In this document: positions 1 to 11,282 of the stretch, piece by piece
How the letters are laid out: every line of letters begins with the position of its first letter
Position numbering within the stretch: the first letter of the stretch is position 1
DNA from: Mobula hypostoma
Taxonomy: Eukaryota
Direction of reading: 5' to 3'
DNA length: 64,000 nt
Assembly (NCBI RefSeq): GCF_963921235.1
Contig: NC_086100.1
Coordinates: 204,726,001 to 204,790,000, forward strand
Translations under genes and position numbers: made by a program
Notes under the pieces: model-generated
Database searches by the model: none
Seen by the model: the letters and a program-made list of their open reading frames with translations, nothing else
What the model was told of the DNA's origin: nothing

Positions 1-199
1 TATACAAGCTTTCAGTTCATCACCTTTGTTCCTGATGCTTCTTGCATTGAGGTACACACATTTCAGCCCTTCTACCTTACTGTCTTTACGCCGTTTATTC
101 TGCTTTTCTTTCCCAAAGCCTCTCTGTATGTTCGATCTGGCTTTACTCCATGCACTTCTTTCACTGCTCTATCGCTCTGGGTCCCATCCCCCTCGCAAA

Positions 200-577
200 T
201 TAGTTTAAACCCTCCCGAACCATGCTAGCAAACCTACCTGCAAGGATATTGCTCCCCTTTGAGTTCAGGTGCAACCCAGCCAATCTGCACAGGTCCCAAC
301 TTCCCCAGAAGAGATCCCAATGATCCAAAAATCTAAAACCCTGCTCCCTGCACCAACTCCTCAGCCACGCATTCAACTGCCATCTCCTCCAACTCTTACC
401 ATCACTGTCACGTAGCACTGGCAGCAACCCTGAGAACGCCACCCTTGAGGTCCTGTTCTTCAGCCTTCTGCCTACTTCCCGAAACTCACACTTCAGGACC
501 TCATCCCTCTTCCTGCCTATGTCGTTGGTCCCAACATGTATCACGACTTCTGGTTGCTTTCCCTCTCGTACCAGGAT
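200..577 (-). mobile_element. CR1 LINE ORF1 fragment (SGNH esterase-like domain)
   Basis: ORF 200..601 has VIHVGTNDIG, FLDHWDLFW and GLHLN motifs typical of the CR1 ORF1 esterase. Confidence 0.85.
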
Positions 578-1075
578 GAAGGTTAATTCCCGGGGTGGCA
601 AGGTTAATTCCCGGGATGGCGGGACTGTCAGATGTCGAAAGATTGGAGCGACTGGCCTTGTATACTCTGGAATTTAGAAGGCTGATAGGGGATCTTATTG
701 AAACATATAAGATTATTAAGGGGTTGGACATGCTGGAGGCAGGAAGCATGTTCCCACTGATGGGTGAGTCCAGAACCAAAGGCCACAGTTTAAGAATAAG
801 GGGTAGGCCATTTAGAACGGAGTTGAGAAAAAACTTTTTCTCCCAGAGAGTGGTGGATGTATGGAATGTACTGCCCCAGAAGGCTGTGGAGGCCAATCTC
901 TGAATGCTTTCAAGAATGAGATGGATTGAGCTCTTAAAGTTAGCGGAATCAAAGGATATGGGGATAAGGCAGGAACTGGATACTGATCGTGGATGATCAG
1001 CCATGATCACAGTGAATGGCGGTGCTGGCTTGAAGGGCCGAATGGGGTACTCCTGCACCTATTGTCTATTATGTT
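578..1075 (+). mobile_element. 5'-truncated CR1 LINE 3' end
   Basis: [42 protein letters not shown]; same subfamily as 37247-37720; the 5' junction has a tandem repeat of aaggttaattcccggg.tggc. Confidence 0.9.
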
Positions 1076-1119
1076 GTACACCTCTATCATGTCTCCTCTC
1101 ATCCTACTTTTCTCCATTT

Positions 1120-1458
1120 GGAAGTTCCATTTGGTGGGAGCCTGAGATGCCATCCCTCAAAACACTGACAGTCACAGTCATCTCTGACTGGACCACAGTT
1201 CCTCACCTCACTTCCCCAGGCGTTATTTGAGAAAGCCCAGGCTGAGAGTTCCTGACTCTGGTTAAGTAGGATTACTGACTTTGGAATCATAGTTTTACCA
1301 TGCTGCGGAATTTCGGCACAAACCCTGCAGGCCCCTAGTTCTAACTGTTTGGCATAGGTGTGACAGAGAGACAGAAAAGTGTTAATATGGGGGCCTCCAG
1401 ATGCTGGGGTGAGCCCTCTCAAAGACACAAAAACGAACACCACTATCAACCAATCCAT
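1120..1458 (-). pseudogene. env: ERV env N-terminus (signal peptide and start of SU), truncated
   Basis: Hydrophobic leader MDWLIVVFVFVSL, then NTFLSL..CRVC (CWVC-like CXXC of gamma-type SU), directly after the integrase end. Confidence 0.75.
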
Positions 1459-1499
1459 TTTCCTTTAGTCCGAGAGAGTCCTTCTACTCAGCTCCTTCA

Positions 1500-3200
1500 G
1501 TAACACGTTTTCAGTCTGTTCGATGTATCCACCGAGTTTGCACCTTCAGTTTCACAGCCGTGGGAGTGGTCAGTAACACCTGATATGTTCCTCTCCACTG
1601 AGGTCCAAGTTTCGCTCAAACCCGGTTCTTGACCAGGACAAAATTCCCAGATTCTACGGTGGGATAGTCACTCCTCTCTGTGTGGTAGTTCCCTTCCTGG
1701 TAAGCCTGTTGTACCTGTGAATGTAATGCTTGGAAAATTTTGGTTAGTTGGCATATATATTTCCCTATCTCTTCCCCTAGGCTATAGAACATAGAATAGT
1801 ACAGCACATTACAGGCCCTTCGGCCCACAATGTTGTGCCGACCCTCAAACCCTGCCTCCCACATAACCCCCGCTTAAATTCCTCCATATACCTGTCTAGT
1901 AGTCTCTTAAACTTCACGAGTGTATCTGCCTCCACCACTGACTGAGGCAGTGCATTCCACGCAACAACCACTCTCTGACTAAAACACCTTCCTCTAATAT
2001 CCCCCTTGAACTTCCCGCCCCCTACCTTAAAGCCACGTCCCCTTGTATTGAGCAGTGGTGCCCCGGGAAAGAGGCGCTGGCTATCCACTCTATCTATTCC
2101 TCTTATTATCTTGTGCACCTCTATCATGTCTCCTCTCATTCTCCTTCTCTCCAAAGAGTACAGCCCTAGCTCCCTTAATCTATGATCATAACACATACTC
2201 TCTAAACCAGGCAGCATCCTGGTAAATCTCCTCTGTACCCTTTCCAATGATTCCACATCCTTCCTATAGTGAGGTGACCAGAACTGGACACAGTACTCCA
2301 AGTGTGGCCTAACCAGAGTTTTATAGAGCTGCATCATTACATCGCGACTCTTAAACTCTGTCCCTCGACTTATGAAAGCTAACACACCATAAGCTTTCTT
2401 AAATACCCTATCTGCCTGTGAGGCAACTTTCAGGGATCTGTGGACATGTACCCCCAGATCCCCCTGCTCCTCCACACTACCAAGTATCCTGCCATTTAAT
2501 TTGTACTCTGCCTTGGAGTTTGTCCTTCCAAAGTGTACCACCTCACAATTCTCCGGGTTGAACTCCAATTTTGCATGTCCAATTTTTCTGGTTGACTTTC
2601 TGGGAGCAATGGTACACATGATCATGGTCCCCAGGGTGTCCTCATGGGCTGTCCATAAATGATTTTAGCTGGTGACAACCCTGTTTTCCCCCGTGGGGTA
2701 ACCCTCATGTGGAATAGGTCGTACCTTCAACCAAGTGAGTCCAGTCTTCGCGGTTAGTTTGGCCAATTTACTCTTCAGAGTGCCATTGGCTCTTTCCACT
2801 ATGCCAGCAGCCCGTGGGTGGTGTACACAGTGGAATTGTTGCTTGATAGCTAGTTCGTTACATACCTCTTCGTTTACTTTCGCCACAAAATGTGGGCCAT
2901 TGTCAGAGCTCAGCACCTCTGGCAGGCCATACATGGGAATTATTTCCCGTAATAATACCTTTGCAACAGTTATAGCAGTATTATTGGTAGTTGGAATAGC
3001 TTCAATCCATCTACTAAACACATCTCTAATAACTAAGCAGTATCTATAGTAATGTACTCTAGACAATACAATAAAATCAACTTGTAGACCAGAAAATAGT
3101 CCACCTGGCAAAGGACCCGTACCCGGCGTTACCAACCATTCCCTCCTTTTCCAGGTGTGTACAATTATGTACATAATCGACCAATATTGGTTAAATCTGT
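1500..3200 (-). pseudogene. pol: ERV integrase, split by a CR1 insertion
   Basis: LQVDFI, DVFSRWIEAIPT, SSDNGPHF, GIVERANGTLKSKL (D,D35E core); C-terminal VLVK..GPQWRGTYQVLLTTPTAVK at 1500-1776. Confidence 0.9.
1783..2567 (-). mobile_element. 5'-truncated CR1 LINE inserted in the ERV integrase
   Basis: [29 protein letters not shown] with (ttctatg)n-type tail; near-identical to 60245-61030. Confidence 0.92.
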
Positions 3201-3425
3201 AGGAACACAAACCTGTCCCGCTGGGGTGGTCCAGAAACCTAGGTCGGGGTCTTTCTAGCACTCCATCTGGGACCGCAGTTTGCTCTCCTCCTCAGAGGCG
3301 TCCCCCTGAAAAGTACGTACCTCCCGCATGTCTGGCAAACCCGTTCTGCTTGAGTCGCGGTGAGTTACTTGACCAGAACCCAAGGGGACTACAGCTACCG
3401 AGGATTGTGCCGCACTTTTCGCTGT

Positions 3426-3852
3426 CTAATCTGCTAAAGCATTGCCTTTAGTGACCCAGTTGAACACGCGGGTATGGGCCGTACATTTAATAATAGCCAA
3501 AACTCGAGGTACCTGTAGAGCGGTAAGTAAGTTATTTACAAAGGTTGCATTCCTAATGGGATGAGGTTGCATTCCTAATGGATGTCCAGAGGAAGTCAGG
3601 AATCCCAATGTTCCCAGAGAGCCCTGTAGTCATGTACAATTTCAAATACATAACAGGAGTCTGTGTAAATGTTCGCACTTTTGTCTGTTGCTAGGTTACA
3701 GGCACGAGTCTGAGCAAACAGCTCAGCCTTCTGGGCGGAGACAGCTGCCTCAAAAGAGGCCTGCTCAACTATTTCACTGCCCGTCACTATCGCACAGCCA
3801 GAATATCGTTTTCCTGCTGGATCCACAAAAGAGATTCCATCCTCATAAAACG
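3426..3852 (-). pseudogene. pol: ERV RNase H domain
   Basis: FYEDGISF..SAQKAEL..NIYTDSCY..HD, then GFLTSSG.PI..IIKCTAH..GNALAD. Confidence 0.9.
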
Positions 3853-4099
3853 TTGCCTCGGCCTTGAGGGGGTATTGCGGAATGGATGGGAGAGTCTGTC
3901 CCTCTTTCACGGTGATCTGGACAGAGGGGCAGTTGATGCGGCAGACATCATGGCCTGAAATTGCCCAGAGATGTGGTACAACATCTTGGGTTCGGTCAAT
4001 ATTAAAATAATGTCTTGCCAGATGTCCCATCTTCACCTCATAGTCCTTCCAGTATCGGAGTTGGCCCGCGGCCAAGTCTTGCCAATCTCCCTCAGTGCT

Positions 4100-4420
4100 G
4101 GAGGCTTGTTTCGTCAGGGTGTAGGCAAGAAACCCTAGGCTCTCGGCTTGAACCCAGGGCAAACCCTAACGGTGGTATGGGGAACCACCAGTCCTGTCTG
4201 TTGCCAAAGGAAATCCGGAACTTCGGCCAGTAATACACTGCACTCTCTTCCTTGAACCTCTCCAATCACCGTGACTGGGAACTTCTGTCCCTCGAGGGGT
4301 GCATAATATTGGCTTTCCTCAGTTGAGCACCCCGTAGGGTCATAGCACAGAGTCGCATGAGGGTCGGCCACTGGCAGAAGGGGTTCAAACGCAGTGGAGT
4401 CCAGATTAAGCGCCCACCAC
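4100..4420 (-). pseudogene. 2H phosphodiesterase-like domain in ERV pol, between protease and RT
   Basis: Two Hx(T/S)h motifs, PHATL (His codon 4357-4359) and PHTTV (His codon 4177-4179), 60 codons apart in one frame. Confidence 0.65.
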
Positions 4421-4434
4421 TGGGGGGGGGGGGG

Positions 4435-4835
4435 CTGATAACAAACTGGGGAAGCTGTCGGTTGTTCGCTAGTCCCAGGGTGATTCCCTTGTCCGTGCAT
4501 AGAATCTCGACTTCTAACGGATAGAGCAAGTCTCTCCCTGCTAGATTACACCCCTGACTGGTGGTGACTGTAAATGAAACCTCACACTGGGTCCCCTCGA
4601 ATTTCACCTGCAGTGGCTGAGTACGTGAATACGTCCGTTCCGTGCCTTCGAACCCAGACACAGTGATTTTAGCGTCTGATAGCCGGAATCCCTTTTCCGA
4701 TACTATTTCCTGATCGAGAGTGGTTGTGGTTGCCCCCATACCAAACATAAACCGAATTGGAATTCCACCAGTTTGCAATATTACATTGGGCTCGTCTTGA
4801 GGGGTGGTACTCACGGCAGGAAGCATCCTTGCTTG
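4435..4835 (-). pseudogene. pro: ERV aspartic protease (catalytic DTG degenerate)
   Basis: IRFMFGMGATTTTL at the F.vDTGA position; NLAGRDLL motif. Confidence 0.85.
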
Positions 4836-6352
4836 TCAATTTCTAAACGGGTTGTTGTCCCCATCTGTCTCTTGGTCACTTTTTGTTCCCCTTTTTGAGC
4901 CCCAGATATAGCCCGCTCGCGTCCTTCTTCCCGCTGAACATATTGGCCTTTAATATTAGTTCCCTTCGGGATTCAAAAGCCAGGTCCCAATAGTATGTCA
5001 AAGCTCGTCCTTTCGATTTCGGTCATTGTCAGGCCAACCTATATTATTTGTTTTAATCATGTTGGCTAACTTAGTTGGTAAGCATTGGAGCAGTAAGACA
5101 TTAAACTGGGGGGACGTATTCCCATCATTAAAGGCTTCGTCTCCTGCGAAAGTGCTGTAGCAGGACACAAATCGCTCCTGATAGTCTGGTCCCGATTCCC
5201 CAGGCTTAGGTTTGCATTCAAGTACTTCAGTGATGTTTACAGGTCGCTGGAGAGCCCTTTCCAAGGCTTGAATAATCTGGTCTGTCTGTTCATTCTCAAT
5301 ATGGTTTCCCGCTTGTAACTCCTGATGGGTTTGGCATCTTAATTCTGCCTTCCATTTCCACCCCTCTTCAGCTGAGAGAATCATGCAGCAGAGACTGAAT
5401 AAATCTTGCGAGGTCGCATTATACATTTGTATAGTACTGCAGACCTACTGAGCAAATTGTGCTGGTTTCTCTTTTCTATCTGGGGCCTGATTCATGATCG
5501 TTATCATTTCTTGAGGCTTCCAGCGTGCATACACAGGAATTACTGAGGGCTGCCCCTCCTCCTGCTCATGGATTGGGCAACATTCGGGTGGACAATTATC
5601 TTTGTGGAGCCATTAACTCTGGGGTTTTATTGGATTCTTCCCTCCCGTCTTGGAATAATCTTCGGTATTCCCTTTCTGGATCTCAGGGTATACGGACCTG
5701 CCCTTCCCCGCCGGCACTGTTTTACCCGAACGGCCACCGTATCTGATTACTGGGAGGATTGGGGTTCGGGGGCACTAGGTGCACTTGGCCCCTGGTAAGG
5801 TGGGGGGGGGCGGATACGGTGGGTGCCCACTCCTCATCACGGTCACTGTCCTCAAACAGGGTCGGTATGCCAGATATGGGTTCGGGATCCCGTATTGGCC
5901 CTGGATCTCGCATGCCGATCTAAACCTTCCTGTCTATCTATATCTGCCTTTACCTGTTTTCTTTGTTTCTCTTGTTCTCTTTTTCCTTTTCCCATCTACC
6001 CATTCGCACTCTATCTTTAATGTTTCCCAACTCTTGGGATTTCCTTCTGACGCAAATACCGGTACACCCCTTTATCACATGCATTGTTCCTCTAACTGGC
6101 CAGTAAAGTACTATTCCATTTGGCATCAGCTTTATCTTTCCATTCTTTAATCAATAATTTCGATTTTTTTTTCCTGCAATTCTTTTTCCAAATTAAATTT
6201 ACTGCTTGTTCACAAGAGTTCATATCCCAAGTTCCCCTGGGTGGCCACACATCGTTTCCCAGTCGCTTAGTTAGTGCAGCACTTATCATCCAAATATCCT
6301 TTTCTGTAGGGAGGGGGGTCCCCTTCCCTCCTTTATCCTGAATTTGTCCCAT
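4836..6352 (-). pseudogene. gag: ERV gag, frameshifted
   Basis: MGQ myristoylation-type start with WPPRGTWD matrix motif; proline-rich late-domain region; MHR-like CKPKPGESGPDYQERF; ends NNPFRN-TGA in frame with protease. Confidence 0.85.
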
Positions 6353-6737
6353 TTTGCTGCCGAGGTGAGAAATTTACCGGGTTTTTAGTCTCGTATCTTT
6401 ATCATTAAATTTCAGCTGGCTATATCCTGAGGCATGCGCAACCCTTTACAGAATTCGGGCAGCGGCGACCACTTCCCCGGACCGGGGCTCATAATCCTTT
6501 TCCAAGCGTAATACAGAATAGCCAATGTCACCTGCAGCAACCTCACTTTGATGCTCAAATTTAACTCTTACCTGTCGTCTCCTCCTGTGCTTAGTGGTTG
6601 GATCCCGTCAAGGTACAGGTTTCGGCGGGCAGCGGCAGAATGCCTGACCGGACACAAGGGGCGCCCTACCACTCGGTTGTGTCTGATTCAAACCCTCGGT
6701 TGCTTACTCAGCCCAGAGAAACGTTCCCTACGCTGGG

Positions 6738-6755
6738 ATCCGAGTTACGGCACCA
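6738..6755 (-). promoter_or_regulatory. Primer-binding site complementary to tRNA-His
   Basis: Plus strand atccgagttacggcacca matches the eukaryotic tRNA-His 3' end ATCCGAGTCACGGCACCA at 17/18; lies 2 nt from the LTR-terminal CA. Confidence 0.9.
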
Positions 6756-6757
6756 AA

Positions 6758-6817
6758 TGTAAACCTAAATTTGCCTGACCAATAACCACACAGCCCAGTC
6801 CTTTGCTTTACCCTTTT
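6758..6817 (-). repeat. U5 end of the ERV 5' LTR, interrupted by CR1; probably continues at about 7964-8100
   Basis: Minus strand ends ggtttaCA immediately before aa and the PBS; rejoining across the CR1 recreates AATAAA. Confidence 0.6.
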
Positions 6818-7948
6818 CATAGAAACATAGAAACATAGAAAATAGGTGCAGGAGTAGGCCATTCGGCCCTTCGAGCCTGCACCGCCATTTATTATGATCA
6901 TGGCTGATCATCCAACTCAGAACCCAGCCTTCCCTCCATACCCCCTGACCCCTGTAGCCACAAGGGCCATATCTAACTTCCTTTTAAACATAGCTAATGA
7001 ACTGGCCTCAACAGTTGGCTGTGGCAGAGAATTCCACAGATTCACCACTCTCTGTGTGAAGAAGTTTTTCCTAACCTCGGTCCTAAAAGGCTTCCCCTCT
7101 ATCCTCAAACTGTGACCCCTCGTTCTGGACCTCCCCAACATCGGGAACAATCTTCCCGCATCTAGCCTGTCCAATCCCTTTAGGATCTTATACGTTTCAA
7201 TCAGATCCCCCCTCAATCTTCTAAATTCCAACGAATACAAGCCCAGTTCATCCAGTCTTTCTTCATATGAAAGACCTGCCATCCCAGGAATCAATCTGGT
7301 GAACCTTCTTTGTACTCCCTCTATGGCAAAGATGTCTTTCCTCAGATTAGGGGAACCAAAACTGCACACAATACTCCAGGTGTGGTCTCACCAAGGCCTT
7401 GTACAACTGCAGTAGTACCTCCCTGCTCCTGTACTCGAATCCTCTCGCTATAAATGCCAGCATACCGTTCGCCTTTTTCACCGCCTGCTGTACCTGCATG
7501 CCCACTTTCAATGACTGGTGTATAATGACACCCAGGTCTCGTTGCACCTCCCCTTTTCCTAATCGGCCACCATTCAGATAATAATCTGTTTTCCTATTTT
7601 TGCCACCAAAGTGGATAACTTCACATTTATCCACATTAAATTGCATCTGCCATGAATTTGCCCACTCACCCAACCTATCCAAGTCACCCTGCATCCTCTT
7701 AGCATCCTCCTCACTGCTAACACTGCCACCCAGCTTTGTGTCATCCGCAAACTTGGAGATGCTGCATTTAATTCCCTCATCCAAGTCATTAATATATATT
7801 GTAAACAACTGGGGTCCCAGCACTGAGCCTTGCGGTACCCCACTAGTCACCGCCTGCCATTCTGAAAAGGTCCCGTTTATTCCCACTCTTTGCTTCCTGT
7901 CTGCTAACCAATTCTCCACCCACACCAATACCTTACCCCCAATACCGT
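6818..7948 (-). mobile_element. 5'-truncated CR1 LINE
   Basis: GVPQGSVLGP..FADDTK RT motifs; (tttctatg)n tail at 6818-6840. Confidence 0.95.
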
Positions 7949-8389
7949 ATGTTTCTATGTTTCTATTATCTATATATATGGAGTTGTTTTCCAATTCTTA
8001 GTACAAGATTGTTAAAATACAAGGTACAAAGAAGTTGTTTAGCTATTTCACAACCTCACAGCTGCGCGAAGCATAAACAAAGAATGCAACTAATGCTGAC
8101 AGAGTACAAAATCCTTGAAGGTCATGAACCCCTGCATCCCCAATATCCCCAAAAACTTCATCAGACCGCTTTAGAAACTGTTGGGGGGAATACCTGGCAG
8201 AAGAAAGACAAAGGGGTGATAGGGGATTCGTTAGTTAGGGGAAAAGGACAAAAGGGGACTAATATCCTACTGGTAAGGCTTGCTACAGCTAGTGTGGGGG
8301 GGGGGCGGTGTGATGTGGTTAAAATAAGTTGTCGGGGTAATGGCAGCCAGAATGTCAGAACAGATAGTGGAGAGGGTGAATTAAATTGA

Positions 8390-9131
8390 ATTGAATTTAA
8401 TTGACTTCATTACATACACCCTTCATATCCATGAGGAGTAGAAATATTTACGTTATGTCTCCGTCTAAATGTGCAATGTGTAATTTATAGTAATTTATAA
8501 TAAATAGTTTGTACATAGTACAGTCAATATAACATAGAAGTGCAATTGTATCAGCATGAATTAATCAGTTGGTGGCCTGGTAGAAGATGATGTCCCGGTG
8601 CCTGTTTGTCCTTTTGCCGTGGTACCATTTCCTGGATGGTAGCAGCAGGAACAGTTTGTTCTTGTAGTGAATTGGGTCCCCAATATCCTTTGGGCCCTTT
8701 TTACACACCTGTCTCTGTAACTGTCCTGAATAGTGGGAAGTTCACATCTACAGATGCGCTGAGCTGTCCGCACCACTCTCTGCAGGGTCCAGTGATTAAG
8801 GGAAGTACAGTTCCCATACCAGGCAGTGATGCAGCCAGTCAGGATGCTCTCAATTGTGTCTCTGTCGAAAGTTCTTAGGATTTTGGGCCTCATCCCAAAC
8901 TTGTTCAACCATCTGAGGTGAAAGAGGTGCTCTGTGCTCTTTTCACAACACAGCCGGCATGTACAGACCATGTGAGATCCTTGGTGATGTTTATGCCGAG
9001 GAACATAAAGCTGGTCACTCTCTCAACCCCATATCCATTGATGTCAATAGGGTTTAGCCTGTCTCCATTCCTCCTGTAATCCACAGTCAGCTCCTTTGTC
9101 TTTGTGACAATGAGGGAGAGTTTGTTTTCTT
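8390..9131 (-). mobile_element. Rex1/Babar LINE 3' part
   Basis: LFHLR.L.KFGM.PKIL.TF...IESILTGCITAWYGNC; (aattc)n tail. Confidence 0.8.
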
Positions 9132-10410
9132 GTCAGGTGTTATTCAGACCTCAGATAGAGTCAGCAATCAAATGTTTGAGCATGGTGCGATGAATGTGCT
9201 GAGCTCTGTAAATCACAATGCAAGAAGCATCGTAGGAAAGCCACATGACATCAGGACAGGGAATGATGATATTGTAGCCATTATTTGGACTTGGTTGCAC
9301 CCAACAGTCTGAGGGATTTAGAGGAACAAATTTGCAGAGAGATCACAGACCATGCCAAGAAACGAAAGTTGATTCAGTAACTGATTGTAACTTTCCATAT
9401 ATTGACTGGGACTTCCATACTGTAAAAGGACGAGATGGGGTAGAGTTTGTCAAATGTGCCCTTAATCAGTACGTAGAATTCACGACGTAGGCGTGTGCAG
9501 TCGGCTGTGAGGAAAAGATCCAGGGCTGATGACAGAAATTAGTGATCATAATGCCATGAAATTCAAAGTAAATATCGAAAAAGAGAGGTCTGGACAACAG
9601 GTTGAGATTCTATATTATAGAAAGGACAATTCTGATGATATCAGAAAGGATCTGACAAGTGTGATTTGGGACAGGCTGTTTTCTGCCAAAGGAGTACTTG
9701 GTAAGAGGTAGCCCTTCAGAAGTGAAATTTTGACGGTGTAGAGTTTGTATGTGCCTGCCAAAATAATGGTTGAAAGGTAACTGGTACAGGGTACCAAGTT
9801 CGGCCAGCTTCTCTGTCATAAAAACATGGAGAAGTTCAGTACGGAAGCATGCTATTTGGCCCATCTAGTCAACGCCGAAAAAACATTTAAGCTGTCTAAT
9901 GCTACTACCTGCACCGGGACCATCGCCCTCCATACCCCTACCATCCAGGCTCCCATCTAAACTACTTTTAAATGGTGAAACCGAGCTCACAGTCACCACT
10001 TTTGCTGGCATCTCATTCAACACTCTCACGACCATTTCAGTAAAGAGCTTTTCGAAATGTTTCTGTTAAATTTTCACCTTCCCCACTTACCCATGACCTC
10101 TGTTTGTCGTCCCACCCAACTTCAGTGGAAAAAGCTGCTTGCATTTACCCTATCTATACCCTCATAATTTTGTGTACTTCTAACAAATCCTCAAAGTAAT
10201 GTATGATTTCCTTGTTTTTGTTTAGAGTCTTTTTTAGCTATACAAGATGATGCGGGGCATTGATCTTGTGTATAGCCAGAGGTTTTTTTCCCAGGACTGA
10301 AATGGCTAACACGAGAGGACATAGTTTAAAGGTGCTTGGAGATAGATACCGAGGAGATGTCAGGGGTAAGTTTTTCACAAAGAGAGTGGTGGGTGCGTGG
10401 AATACACTGC
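9132..10410. mobile_element. Mosaic of degenerate CR1 fragments in both orientations
   Basis: NARSI and SDHNA endonuclease remnants; 3' end fragment NTRGHSLK..FFT.RVVGAWN at 10238-10410. Confidence 0.7.
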
Positions 10411-10970
10411 CGGCTATTTGCATGAGAGTGTTCCAGTTACTGTGGGACCAGAAACCCATGCAGCTCAGTGGGAGCAGGGAATAATACCAATGGAGGGAAT
10501 CAAACTGAGCCAGGTCACAGATTGGAGATGGCAGAAATGCCCCATTCTTATCGAGACAGGAAGAGCATCAGAGAGTTTAATGGTCATTCCAGATACCAGC
10601 ACGGTGCCCAGTTAGAAGATGATTTCTCCATCCAAATTGTGTTGAACCTCACTATAATAGTGTGATATCAGTTCACACCTTGACAACTCAAGTGATCTCA
10701 TCTGAAATGTCCTACACGCATTGATGGATTTTATAAATCTTTTTTACAGGTTAAAAATGACAAGGAATTTGTCTACGGGAATCTAGAACACAACACGCCA
10801 GTTTTGCTGTCTCTATCCAGATATTTAGGAAGTGGAGCAAGGGATTGACTCGATCATCCTTCCTGCTCAGACTGTGGGGAGGAATTCACTCGACCATCTG
10901 ACCGACTGGTACGCCTGTCATTTTACACAAGGGAGAACCCATTCATCTGCTCAGACAGTGGGAATAGATT

Positions 10971-11282
10971 ATGAAGACACGCAGTCCTCTTTTATTGTCA
11001 TTTAGTAATGCATGCATTAAGAAATGATACATTTCCTCCAGTGTGATATCACAAAACACAGGACAGACCAAGATTGAAAAAACTAAAAAAAACACATAAT
11101 TATAACATATAGTTACAACAATGCAACAATACCACAGTCCGACTCTGAGTCATCCGAAAACTTCGAGCCTCCGATCAGCTCTCCGACACCGAGTACTGAG
11201 CGCCATCTCTGTCGGAAGGATTCGACCTCAATCTCGGTCGCCAACAGCAGGGAAAGCCAGGGATTTTGAGGCCTTCCTGCTG
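10971..11282. mobile_element. Unclassified ~310-bp insertion (probably a LINE/SINE 3' UTR) inside the ZNF exon
   Basis: Finger coding sequence breaks at gggaatagatt and resumes at ttcacttggtcatc. Confidence 0.55.

Larger units (their letters stand above)
1120..6817 (-). mobile_element. Endogenous retrovirus (epsilon/gamma-type), defective, 3' end truncated inside env
   Basis: Ordered minus-strand LTR end, PBS, gag, protease, RNase H, integrase and env fragments (listed separately). Confidence 0.92.

Noticed and set aside
501..1058. Antisense ORFs over LINE and Penelope copies (also 37028..37561, 48711..49313, 53218..53586 and others)
   Set aside because: Shadow frames of retroelement coding or UTR sequence that recur with each copy.
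6738..6755. tRNA-His gene
   Set aside because: Only the 3'-terminal 18 nt including CCA are present, which fits a retroviral PBS.
7949..8389. 146-aa ORF upstream of the ERV as a viral accessory gene
   Set aside because: Opposite strand to the provirus and chimeric: probable LTR sequence joined to CR1 ORF1 remnants (GDSLVRG).
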